Assembly (NCBI GenBank): GCA_000442015.1
Contig: KE560523.1
Coordinates: forward strand, 1-64,000
DNA length: 64,000 nucleotides
Origin: Rozella allomycis CSF55
Taxonomy: Eukaryota
Direction: 5' to 3'
Part shown: piece by piece, positions 40,021-51,464 of the stretch
How positions within the stretch are numbered: position 1 is the stretch's first letter
Layout: each line of letters begins with the position of its first letter
Program-made: the position numbers and the translations under genes
Notes under the pieces: model-generated
Seen by the model: only the letters and a program-made list of their open reading frames with translations
What the model was told of the DNA's origin: nothing
Database searches by the model: none

Positions 40021-42176
40021 TTAAAAATCAAATATCTTTTTTATTCTTTCTACTACTTGCCTTTCTTTATCAGAGCAACAATCATTGAGTTTAATCCTCT
40101 CGCTACATGTCTCCAAGTTCACTTTCTTCGTCGCACTAAAAACTTCCCGCGCTTTTTCACATTCTTCTTTACTCACAACTTGGCCATTAAAAGTAGTCAA
40201 ATCAAACTCATTCAAAATAACCATCTTCAAAAAATTATTCTTTACAACTTCATTATGTTGACTGTTAATGATCATCTCTTCTACAGTTGATGGCACATTA
40301 TCCAAATACTTCATCTATCATATACTCCAATCATTTTTACTTGCACAAGCCTATCAAATAAATTAAACGAAAATTCTATTGTCTTTAGGCTGCTAAATCT
40401 TTCCAATTTTAGTCTATTGAAAACAGACAACTCCACATAACTAGCACCAATTCTTTTAACACTCTCAGATTCAAATGATACCAGCACATCATTAGTAACA
40501 TTGCCATATCTATTTGTAAGATAAACGCACTTTACAAGAACAATGAATCTCCTTGTTGATCCGCGTACCAAAACGAACTTGCATTTGTATCATCTTGTAT
40601 CCCCAGCATCTTTTTAAAAAACATCTCTCTAATCTTTTGCAGCATGGAATTCCTTAATTAATACTGCCATCAACTTACTTTTCATCTCTCCTTTGCATCT
40701 CTTTCTCTTTGGCTCTCTCCTTTAATATATCTCGTTTCGCCTCGCGTTCTGCTAACCTTCGCTCCTCCTCACTTACCTTTCTACTTTCCAACATTTTCAA
40801 ATGTTTCAATCCATAAATCACAAAGTTTTTATAGTTTGGCTCGTTTTTGCTTATCGGGTTGCCGTAGAGTGATAATTCTGTTCTTAATCAATGCGGGGGT
40901 TGTTTACCAATCAATCCATTCAACTTGAAGAGACCGAGTATATTCTTCATTTCGCTAATCTTGTTATCAGCCAATAATAGTCGTCTTAAACTAGGTAATC
41001 CAATACTTTGTTTGATTTCATTGATATGATTGTTCTTGAGATTTAAATCAACTAGAGTCGAACAAGGCGTAAATATTTGGAAATCTTGTATACAGTTACT
41101 CTCCAGGTTTAACACTTTCAAACTCGTCAAATTTTCTAATCCGCCTGGAATCACTCCTGGATACATTTACTTATATATTGGATGTTATTTCTTGCCAAAC
41201 ACACATTTTCTAAATGTGACATTCCTGTAATATCCATTCTCTCTATCAAATTATCTGAAAGGTGTAAAACTCGAATATACTTCATTCTGTTCAAATCACT
41301 AATGTCTTTTTCATTAAATTCACTGCATTTACATTAATCTTGTTGCACGAAGCATTTAAGTGTATTAAAAACATAAAAGAAGCAATGTTTTGTAAATCAA
41401 CAAGCTGGTTGTTTTTCACGAAAAGAGTCTTGATCTCATTGCTCGATTCAATCATGGGAATAGACATTAAAGTGAAATAGAATCTTTTACTTTAAGCTTT
41501 TGATTTGAGCAGTCTAGCTTGTCCGATACTTTGGGTAGAGCTTCGTACTTGGAAAAGGTAGTGAATGCGTCCTCGACAGGCATCTGTAAAGTGGCATCAG
41601 CAGTTTTACCTGTGGAAAAATCATCAATTTTTTAGTTTCAGTGATACTTGATTCTATAGTGTTAAAGGACGATGTAGATGAAGCGGACATGCATCTAGAA
41701 GGGCCACTACTTTTCTTTCTGCTAGTTTTGTCAAATGATGTTATTGGGCGATAATTTTCTTGACGGGTTCTATTTCGCACTTTTAGATAATCTTGATAGC
41801 TTGATGCAAATGTCAAAGATGTTTGTATTTGTTTAAATAATATGCCTTTTGACTTGCTCTTTTTTGGTTCTTTTTTCTTTTTCATATTAGCTTACCAGAA
41901 GCGATGCCGGTCCTTTCTCGTGACATTTCTGCTGGCTTGATGACACTCTTTGTCAACTGATCATCTTGATTACTGTCTTGTTTTTGTATCTTTTCAATAT
42001 GTCGTCAACACTACTTTTTTCTTTTTTTCGTTGATTCTTTTGGTACCATGATATTTTCTTACATTCAATAAGTAATCCAATGCTGAATCTACATTCCTTG
42101 TGTTCAATGTAGTAAAAATAGCTTTTTCGCCATCATCATTTAATATCAGATTTTCTCTTCTCTTATGTAAAGACAT
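40021..42176 (-). CDS. LRRC49: LRRC49-like leucine-rich-repeat protein (tubulin polyglutamylase/centriolar)
   Basis: LRRs (LKVLNLESNCI, LRRLLLADNKI), ELSLYGNPI..RKVSEEERR, GDSLFLYG and C-terminal NEVV..FNGQVVSKEE..AREVF resemble LRRC49; 5' extent uncertain. Confidence 0.7.
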
Positions 42177-42219
42177 AGCAGACAATGTTTACAATTATCA
42201 AATTTCATAATAGCCTAAC

Positions 42220-43122
42220 ATGGTCGTCAATATTAGAACTTGCATTTCAAAGTTTAATTTAATTAATTTTAAGCGATGCTATATGACTCCAGTGGTCATT
42301 GACAATGTTGTAACATAGCAGTTTGCATCAATTCACACAGGCTGGTATCGAACGGCATTTTGATATATATTCACGCTTATTAGCNGTAACTTAATTAAAT
42401 TTAAGCGATGTTATATGACTCCAGTGGTCATTGACAATGTGGTAATTTAGTAGTTTACATCAATTTACACAGGCTGGTATCGAACGGCATTTTGATATAT
42501 ATTCACGCTTATTAGCAGATAGAATTGTTCTAATGTTTGGTCCCGTAATAATTAATTCTAAAGAAAACAAGGTCGATACACATTTGGCAAGAACAGTCAC
42601 TGCGCAGTTACTTTTTCTAGAGTCTCAAGGCAAAGACAAACCCATTCAGATTTATATAAACAGCCCTGGAGGTTCGGTTTCTGATGGTTTAGCGATTTAT
42701 GATACAATGCAAGTAAAGAATGTCCAACTTCATCAAAAGTATATCAAATGCCCAATTAGCACTGTTTGTATGGGTATGGCTGCATCCATGGGATCTTTTC
42801 TTCTTGCATCAGGAAGAAAAGGAATGAGATATGCTTTGCCAAATTCTAGAGTCATGGTTCATCAACCTTCTGGTGGAGCGCAGGTATTGATTTTATCGAT
42901 CCTTAAAAGGGACAAGCAAGTGACATTGCCATTGTAGCTAAAGAAATTTTGCAAACAAGAGAAAGATTAAATAAAATATATTCTTTCCATACCGGTCAAG
43001 AAGTTTCAGAAATTGAAAAAGTTATGGAAAGGGATACTTGGATGAATGCCGAAGAAGCTAAAAAGTTTGGAATCGTAGATCATGTAATAATCAAAAATGA
43101 AACTGATACTCCAAAGAATTAA
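42220..43122 (+). CDS. CLPP: Mitochondrial ClpP protease
   Basis: Presequence-like N-terminus, [34 protein letters not shown]; 5' part duplicated across N42385. Confidence 0.95.
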
Positions 43123-43131
43123 TAAATTGTT

Positions 43132-44300
43132 TTATTGGACATAAACATCAGCTATTTTGTCATGTTCTGATATTTTATGCTCGTTTTCAAAAATGCACAA
43201 ACCTTCGAGAGAGAAAAACCCTCTTGAAATTGGTAGAAAGGTATAATCTAAGGAGATACTTTCCCCTGCTTTCAAATTAGATATGTTCTTCTTAACACTA
43301 CCTTGAATTAATAATGACTTCATTCTGTCTCCGTTCCAAGAAAATACTACGTTCCTTAAATCTTTATCTTTATTATTTTTGACAGAGAATGATGCCACAA
43401 AACATTTTTCAAAGCAAACATCTGAGTGGAGTTTCTCTAGTGAGACTTGAATATCTGGGAGTTTAGGTGCCTTTCTGGTCAGAGCACTGGTTTGAAGCCT
43501 ACCAGCCTCACCGCCTGATGATCTCCATTGAATATCAAGCTTTCCAAGAACGTTCAAATCAGCATCTGACTTGGGTTTTAGATGAAAGAGGTATTGCCTA
43601 ATGTCGTCAGGATTGAACAGCATAGAGCGCTCATAAACCTTTGTGTTTTCATCAAGGAATTGCAAGTCTTTAACAATAAAATTATTGCTTTCCAAGTAAA
43701 GTTTTTCCATCACCACAGGATATGACATCAAGTTCTGTAATTGCACTTCCAAGAGAATGCTCGAGTCCGAAACGATGTTATTTACCTTTGTTTTAACAGA
43801 CATTGGATTCAAAACCTTTCTATATGTCTTTTATTTGTTACTTGAAATTTATATAACTTTCTGAGGTTCCTCTCTTCTCCATTAACAACTATTACAGACG
43901 TACATACCATCATGTGTTGCCCAAATTCTTTTATTTCATATGATATAGTCTTTTGAAGTGATCCTTTTTCCTTTATTAATTCATTTTGAGCTTGAAACAA
44001 CAAAAATCGATTCGCAGTTGTGTGCAATTCTATTCTCATATCTGAAACATTAATGGCACAATCTTCACCATTCAATAAAGAAACCAGGCAAGATAAATTT
44101 TGACCCAAATATATGTTTCCAAACGTTTGTGATATGCTTAAGGCAGGGACAACCGGTGCTGGGCCATTTTCTGACAATGGATTTTGGAAGATATTATCTG
44201 ACACATTCTCTGGCATAATATTTGGTTTGTTCAAGCGAAATACTTTGAACGTTATAGGTTGCTGATCCTTTATGGCCAAGGAAGAAGCTGACGTTTGCAT
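43132..44300 (-). CDS. TRAPPC13: TRAPPC13 (DUF974)
   Basis: FKVFRLNKP, FGNIYLGQ, RKLYKFQVLNPMSVKTK, LGKLDIQWRSSGGEAGRLQTS; one intron. Confidence 0.92.
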
Positions 44301-44390
44301 TTAAAAAATTTCGTAGTAACAATTTGAGGTCCTAAAACTTAATTAATATTTACTATGAAGTTTTTAAACATTTTATTTATTCAAGATTAT

Positions 44391-45101
44391 CTATTTTTTA
44401 TGAGTAAAGAACGAATAAATGAGGCCAACAATAAACGCCCCAAAGAAAGGCGCCAATGACATTGTCGCTGCCCAGTTACCTTCTTTGTAAGCCCAGGGCA
44501 ATTTAGAATAAAGTGGGTTTTCTCTTTCTACCAAAGTGAGTGGATCTCCCTGATTATAATTAAAGTGGCTAGATGTGACTTGCTTGTAAGCTGGATAGGT
44601 GTAGCAAGAAAAATCTCCAGTTATTGGTGTTACGAATACCCTTCCTGCAATGTTAATCCAGGATACAAACATTATGCATCCATGAAGTGCTTTAAAAGTG
44701 ACCATTCTGTAAAGAGTAGACATTAATCTCGTTTTGGATTTAGTTGTTGGTGTCGGTGAAGATCTTCCAATTCTTCGTTGATGAAACGTTATTAAGATCC
44801 ATCCGATAGATAGTCCCAGCAAACACCAGAGAAATGAATACAGTACACCGATCGGCAAACCTGTGTTATGTATTAAAAGGGAAGTTGCCGTTCCCCATAT
44901 CATGAAAATGATGTAAAGCCTACCAAACCATAAATGAAACCTATAGAGCTTTGGCCATACACGCGTAACAAAACAAGCGACACCTGCCAACATTATCAAA
45001 TAGGCGAACACGACATGAGCGTAATAAAATGGGCGCCAGCATGATAAACTAGAAAAGTGGTAAGAAACAGAGAGGTCGGTGGTAGAATCCGAGTCAAACA
45101 T
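44391..45101 (-). CDS. Intronless polytopic membrane protein with His residues, DUF2306-like
   Basis: About 6 TM segments; AHVVFAY..FHLWFGRLY..LIHNTG..ALHGCIM. Confidence 0.6.
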   Translation of the reverse strand: MFDSDSTTDLSVSYHFSSLSCWRPFYYAHVVFAYLIMLAGVACFVTRVWPKLYRFHLWFGRLYIIFMIWGTATSLLIHNTGLPIGVLYSFLWCLLGLSIGWILITFHQRRIGRSSPTPTTKSKTRLMSTLYRMVTFKALHGCIMFVSWINIAGRVFVTPITGDFSCYTYPAYKQVTSSHFNYNQGDPLTLVERENPLYSKLPWAYKEGNWAATMSLAPFFGAFIVGLIYSFFTHKK

Positions 45102-45223
45102 GCAAATGAAGTCTCGGAACAAATGACGTCATTACCAAAAATAGTAAAATAAACAATATATTCTCGATAAAAAGTAGATCAAAAATTGAATAAAAAGGGT
45201 AAAATGATAACTAAAATGTTATT

Positions 45224-45296
45224 CACCCAACGCGAGGGTCGAACTCGCAACCTTGAGATTAAGAGTCTCACGCTCTGCCGATTGAGCTAGCCGGGC
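45224..45296 (-). tRNA. tRNA-Lys (anticodon CTT), identical to 26938-27010
   Basis: Exact reverse complement of the 73-nt tRNA at 26938. Confidence 0.96.
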
Positions 45297-45338
45297 TGTT
45301 GATGGCATGAAAATAAAATAAATTTATTGATAAACTCA

Positions 45339-47970
45339 TTAATCTGAGTCACTCTTGTATTCTAGCTCGTAAAACAAAGATTTGACATTTGCTGAATGAA
45401 AATCACTTCTCAGTGCAACAAAAGGTAAAATCAAATCAAATGAAAAAGATGACAAAATTCCCTGTTCAATTATTGATTTGATGTTTTCTGGCCTTACAAT
45501 GTAAATGTTGGACAAATCTTTTAGCATTTCAAAGCCCTTGATTACATCTAACTTTAATTGAAGGTTAAACGCGAGGTTGTAATAGACGTTGAAATCCCTT
45601 GTGTTATGGTCAATATTAAATTACTTTGATAGAAGCATACCCCCGATATCAGTAAATGTAAACTTTTTAATGTGAGCCAATAGTTGACTAAATTAATTTA
45701 AAGGTTTGAATTACTCTTGAAATGAAGAAAAAAGATCAGAAAAGATTGAAACAAAAAGAATTTTATCAATATTTGCTTGTGCAGCTTTTGTGACTTCCTC
45801 CAAGTACCCTGTAATTAATTTGCAAGTCTTTTTCTTTAATTCAAACTATTTTACATCAGAGCAAGGGATTGACAGAACATTCGCTTCATCTTTAGGCTTA
45901 AAATCAGTTTTCTTTTGTTTATTTAGAATGGATGAAATTTGATTCAAATGAACTTTTATTTTCGATAATGACATCTTTACCGTCAACAATTGAATTCAAT
46001 AAAGAATTACACCAAATTTCCAATTCCTTAAAGAAATCTTCTTTAATTTTTGTTAATTGTTTTTCATTAAGATTATTTTCTTTAACTGTTTCCTCAATAA
46101 GCGCAATTGAGTCCATGACGTTCTTTATGAAATCATAAACTTCAATAATCGAGTCCATTTTATTTAATTCTTCTTCAATTCTTTATTTATCATCAAATTT
46201 ATTTACAATTCAAAACAACTTTTAAAGAATGACGTAAAATTGGATGCAAGAGCCCGCCATAACTCTAACAAGGCAAATTCACTGTTTCACTTTTACTTTT
46301 CATATTACTTTGAATCAGCTACTAACATTGTAATTCTTTGAATGGACTGTGAAAATAGTCTCAAGCATTGATGGATACAATCTGTATTCACAAGTTTAAA
46401 AATATTTGGTGGATTAGAATTAGCCAAAGGTTTTCCTTTAAAATTAAACAGCTTATCAAATTCAATTTGCGCTGAACTACTTTGAGGCTGCAATCCTCCA
46501 CCCCTAGAAAACATNGCTGCAATCCTCCACCTCTAGAAAACATACCCTTTTGTTTATTAGACTGTTTGGTATTCTCACGTGAATTCCAGATTATAAAATT
46601 ACAATAAAGTTTTGAAAAGGGGATAGTATTAATAAAACTATCGTATTTAATGCATCTTTTTCATATTCCAGAATTTTAGATTTTTCCAAGTATGGCGAAA
46701 ATATTTCATCAATGAATCTATTAATTTTCACGTATATTTTATCCCCAAAATGGTTTTTTAGAACGCAATCAAATTCTTTTCCAATTTCAATAGTGGCGAT
46801 ATATGATTGATGTAGGCAACGCAAATAAGCAACTTTTGAATGACTCAATGAGGAATGCAAAATAGATTCAAGGTAGATTTGAATCTTTAAAGAATAATAA
46901 ACAATTTTACTGGATGCTCGAATATTCTTTGAATAAAATATTCCAAAGCCATTGAAGGTCTCGGGAAAATGCTCTGAATAATTGAAAGATCTTCTTCCAA
47001 TGCTAATTTGGCTTCCCTATAAAGCATCTCAAGCCTAGGATCAGTTTTCTCAGTTTGATTTAATTCAATAGAAATCGGTTGTCTTTGTCTAACGTATTTA
47101 ATCTTTACCCATCATTGAAATGAATGGATTCTTTTGGAGTCATTTTTATTGCTTCATTAAGAAATTCTTTTTGATTAAAATATGCTTGAATGCATGATTT
47201 GCCACCGTTATATTCGAATAGAATCTCTGCTAGTGTTTTCATTTGTCTCGTATCATTTTCTTTTGTTGCTTTTTCAAATTGCTGAATTAAGTTATTTTCA
47301 TAGTCTCTAAATAATTTCTGTGCAGATTCTTTAAACTTTCATTCTACAAATCATTCAAAATTACCTTCTTGTCACATTCATCCTCCAATGTTGCAAGCAT
47401 TAACTGGCGCGCTATGATGGCTCCTTTAACTTTTTCCTTGGGATCTCTAGAGTACAAAACTTCTTTAACACACTCCAATTGGCCCTCACAAATACTCTGA
47501 AAGAATACCACTAGCCTTTCTGCGTGAATAGCTCTCTCTCTTTGCTTATGAAGAGATTCTAATTGCTCCCCTATTCGGATCGCCGTCTGTCCTACCCGGC
47601 CGATTCTAGTCTCCAACATTTCTAATGACTGCATTTGTCCCTTTCTTTTATATATGTTTTTATTACTTGACATTGATCTAACATTGTTTCAAATTCTTTT
47701 CGAACCTTGGACTTTCTTGATGAAAATTTATCTTGCAAAGTGTCTTCCTTTTTTAACATTTCCTTTCTCATTTTTTTCAACTCATTTATATTATCGTCTG
47801 TCATTTTCGCCATATCCACAATCACTATGTCTTATACAATCTTTGCATACTTTTCCCTTCAAGCCTTTCAAAAAAATTGTCAATATACTTTTCTACATTA
47901 AATTCTACCTAAATTACATAGCGAAAAATGTCACTACTTTTTCAAACTCTAACAATGGCAACTGAACCAT
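45339..47970 (-). CDS. SEC10: Exocyst subunit Sec10/EXOC5
   Basis: AIRIGEQLESLHKQRERA, FEYNGGKSCIQAYFNQ, KQKKTDFKPK, GGMLLSKDF, NIYIVRPEN..FVALRSDF; many mini-introns. Confidence 0.9.
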
Positions 47971-48042
47971 TAATACTCCAAGTACTTGGAAATTTCAAAA
48001 TGTAAGATATGATGATTCAATGAAAATTTCCGTCGACTTTAA

Positions 48043-48678
48043 ATGTCTAGCTCCGTTATTTCATCTAGATCATCTTCTCCGTATTCTTTTAAAAGATATT
48101 TTGTTTTCCCAGATTTGTTTCTCGAATTTCTGCAATCTAATGGCGTAACACCCAGTGATGTTGTTGATGACTTGAACACAATATTAGAATTAGATCAATT
48201 AGGAGCTGGAATCGATAATGTTGCGCGTTTAAATATCATTATATTTATTCTCCTTTTTATATATTTAGTGGTCAGATATATCAATTACAACGTTTACAGA
48301 AATTTTGGCTCTTTTGATATGATGATTTTCCCGATGATAACAATATTTGTCTATTTGTCAAAGAAGCAGTGCAATTATATCCTAATGAGATCAAGAAAAA
48401 TATTGGAATATCGTTTTGTTCTGTTGAAGCTGGCTTACCCTCAATTGTTACTGAGAATAATCAAATTTGAATTTTTAAGCCATGAAATAACTGTCGAATG
48501 TGTAAATCCTCGGACAATGAACATTGACATTACTACTTTTGTTCAAGACTTGATTTCTTCAACAACACCAGGCGTTTCATTCGATCCAAATCATGCTCCC
48601 CCTGAAGAAAATGAAGAGCTACCAAAATATGAAAAGTCATCAATTGACATACCTCCTTCATACGACAATACGCAATAA
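48043..48678 (+). CDS. Intronless two-TM protein with C-terminal PY motifs
   Basis: 211-aa ORF, two hydrophobic helices, C-terminal LPKY and PPSY. Confidence 0.6.
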   Translation: MSSSVISSRSSSPYSFKRYFVFPDLFLEFLQSNGVTPSDVVDDLNTILELDQLGAGIDNVARLNIIIFILLFIYLVVRYINYNVYRNFGSFDMMIFPMITIFVYLSKKQCNYILMRSRKILEYRFVLLKLAYPQLLLRIIKFEFLSHEITVECVNPRTMNIDITTFVQDLISSTTPGVSFDPNHAPPEENEELPKYEKSSIDIPPSYDNTQ

Positions 48679-48718
48679 AAAAGTTAGAATATAAATCATA
48701 TTTTATTACGTGTAATAT

Positions 48719-49218
48719 TTAAGCTGATTCGACTTTTCCCTCAGCAACTTCTTCAAAGTTTTCAACAAGATCTGGAACTTCGTCGTCGTTTTCTGCACCT
48801 GCAGCTTGTTGTTGACTAAAAGTTTCAGCAAGCTTTCTTAGAGTGTTGATGGAATCTGGTCCAAGTTGTGACAAGATACCTGGAACAAGCTCATTTAATT
48901 CTTTTATAATATAATAACGTCATCATTACCTTTTTCCTCGGAATGTCCTGAAATGGCAAAGGTATTTGACCCTGCACCGCATGCTTGGACTTTTGGTGCG
49001 GCAATGTGAATAATCTTTCCATTTTCTTGGAACATGTTGACCTCTTCAATTCCAGCAACGGTTTGAGAGTTTAGTTTCTTCAAAGCGCCTTGAAGCTTCT
49101 TGTCATCAGCGACGGCAGGCTTGGACACTTTCTTTGTCTTACGGCGAGGGGTTCCCTTTCCTCCTATACGTACACTCTCTTTGAGTTTATTTAGTTGTGC
49201 AAGTTTTTCAGCGTTCAT
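48719..49218 (-). CDS. EGD1: Nascent polypeptide-associated complex beta subunit
   Basis: [47 protein letters not shown]. Confidence 0.96.
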
Positions 49219-49413
49219 GGGCAAGAAAAATGTGGCTTGGGTTGTAAAAAAGGGAAATTCTGATGTTCAATATAGGGAAAGTAAAATACTGCATGATGCG
49301 ATGAAAATTATTTACATTAATTATTACCATTAACCAATTTAATAACAATCTCGTTTTTTGAAGAACACATTTTTTTCCAAAATTTCATTGCTGAAATTCA
49401 CCTTTTTCAATTC

Positions 49414-49899
49414 ATGATTTACTCACTCTATATTGTGAATAAATCAGGTGGATTATCTTATCAACGGGATTTCAATGAATCAGGGCATCCAAAACTTAGT
49501 ATTAACGATTATTTAGTCCTTGCAAGTACTTTTCAATCGTACGTGAATGTATAGTATGTAGACCTAGGTAAAGTCTACAGCATAACAATAAAGGGTGCAT
49601 GCAATATCAGCACAGATATCTCCTGTAACTGGGTCAAGTGGTATCGAAGTTTTAGAAGCTGAAACGTTCAAATTACATTGCCATCAAACTCCAACGGGTA
49701 ATAATAATGTCTTATAATCTAAGTAGGTGTGAAATTTTTGATTACTACTGACTTTAATCAAAATAATGTAGAATTCGTAACAAAAAAGATTTATGAAGTG
49801 TACTCGGACTTTGTTATGAAAAATCCATTCCAAACATTAGAAATGCCTATTAAATGTGATTTATTTGATCAGGCACTACTTCATTTAATGAAAGAATAA
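49414..49899 (+). CDS. TRS23: TRAPP subunit Trs23/TRAPPC4 (missed by the ORF track)
   Basis: [75 protein letters not shown]. Confidence 0.93.
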
Positions 49900-49904
49900 A
49901 TATG

Positions 49905-50878
49905 CTACTTATTTTTGGTCACAAGTGAATTATAATGTGCACCAAGTCGATAATAATGCAGGTGATATCTATGTGAGAAAAATAAACTTTAATACGATAG
50001 CGAAAGAGTATCGGGTGAATCGTAATCAGGATTCATTTCAATTGGCGATTGCAATCCTGCTTGATATATCTTTATTTTCAACTTGAGTGATTTCGCAATT
50101 GCTTGAACCTTCGCTACGTTCAAATTTTATATATTACCTCAATTTGACCACCCCAGGTTGCTGTTTCAACAATATTTTTGCAATACTTTTCAAAAGAATC
50201 TATAGGAAGGAGAGACTAGGTGCCTACGATCGTTTAAAATATCGCCGTTATCATCATACAAAAAAGGGATGAAATCATCCTTATGATCTTTGATGTAATC
50301 TGATGCAACTTTTCGTAAATCATCCACCGAGTAATCTTGATTGAGGTGAATCTTAATTTGATGCGAAATAGAATTATAAAGACAATGACCGTCCGCGGGA
50401 ATCTATTTTGATCGTTAAATACGTATGTGGTACGTCAAAAATCAATAGTCCTAAAGGATCTAAAATTCTTTGAAGATCATTCAGTTCTTTTTCACGCCGA
50501 TTCACAATTGGATCCTCCATAGATGCCGCATTTTTCATATCCTCTAATTCTTGTTTTTTCTTCATCTGAACTAATGATGAAATACTTTCTTACTTTTCTT
50601 TTCTGCTGACGAGAAACTCTTTTTGGCTGAATTTCATCCACGATTGAGGAACTCTCACTTACCACGGGTTGAGAATCAGACACTGACGTCATAATATTTT
50701 TTAACTCTAAACCATGCCTTTCTTTAATCTCTTTTTCCATATCCTCGATATTTTTGAGAAGATCCTTTTTCTTCATCTTAACCTGTCCGGAAGAAACAGC
50801 TTTCTTCAACGATATAATTTTGGAATTTAGGTCTTTAATCTCTGCCTTATGTCTTGCTTGGAGTTCTTCAAGCTCCAT
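49905..50878 (-). CDS. OTU2: OTU deubiquitinase Otu2/OTUD6B
   Basis: RHKAEIKDL N-terminus, IPADGHCLYNSI, WGGQIE, SYHLHYYRLGAHYNSL. Confidence 0.93.
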
Positions 50879-50989
50879 AATATTATTACTCTGACCCAAG
50901 CCGCTAAGTTATGATACAAAATTGAAACATATTTATTTTAAACTTGGAAATCAATGATAGTTATTAATTATAGTCATATTGCTAAGATT

Positions 50990-51441
50990 CTACTGCTGGT
51001 TCCCGGTTTGCTTTGATGACGGACGAAATTTATATAAATCATCAGGGATTAGTACTCTACGTTAGATGGCAAGTGGTTCAATACTTTTTTCCAAGCTTCC
51101 CAGCTTTTTCATTGATCTCACGCAATAACTTTTTCTGGTTTTCATGCTGATCATGGATGAATGCCGAGACTACATGAAATTCTATATGTTGTCATACCAG
51201 CAGAGAGTATATTTACTTCTGAGTTTGCTTGATCTATGTGTACAGAGTAAGATTCAGGTAGCAGACTGTTTAATTCTGCATAAGCCAGTTTTATATTCAA
51301 ACGCCTCTTTTGCTCCGACGCAATGTGATTAACTCTTTTTTCTTCAACGCTTAATAACTTTGAATTTAAACTATTTCGATTGTATCTGTATGGCAGAGGC
51401 TTAATTGAACTACTTAAAGAATTCTGTGCCTCTCCTATCAT
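50990..51441 (-). CDS. bHLH transcription factor (Ino4/Mlx-like)
   Basis: LSVEEKRVNHIASEQKRRLNIK..ELNSLLP..SEVNIL; 2 mini-introns; start uncertain. Confidence 0.8.
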
Positions 51442-51464
51442 TCACTAAATTTCACATTTTCCTA

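Noticed and set aside
42258-42516. Duplicated first exons of CLPP as alternative exons
   Set aside because: Separated by N42385 with allele-like differences; treated as an assembly artefact.
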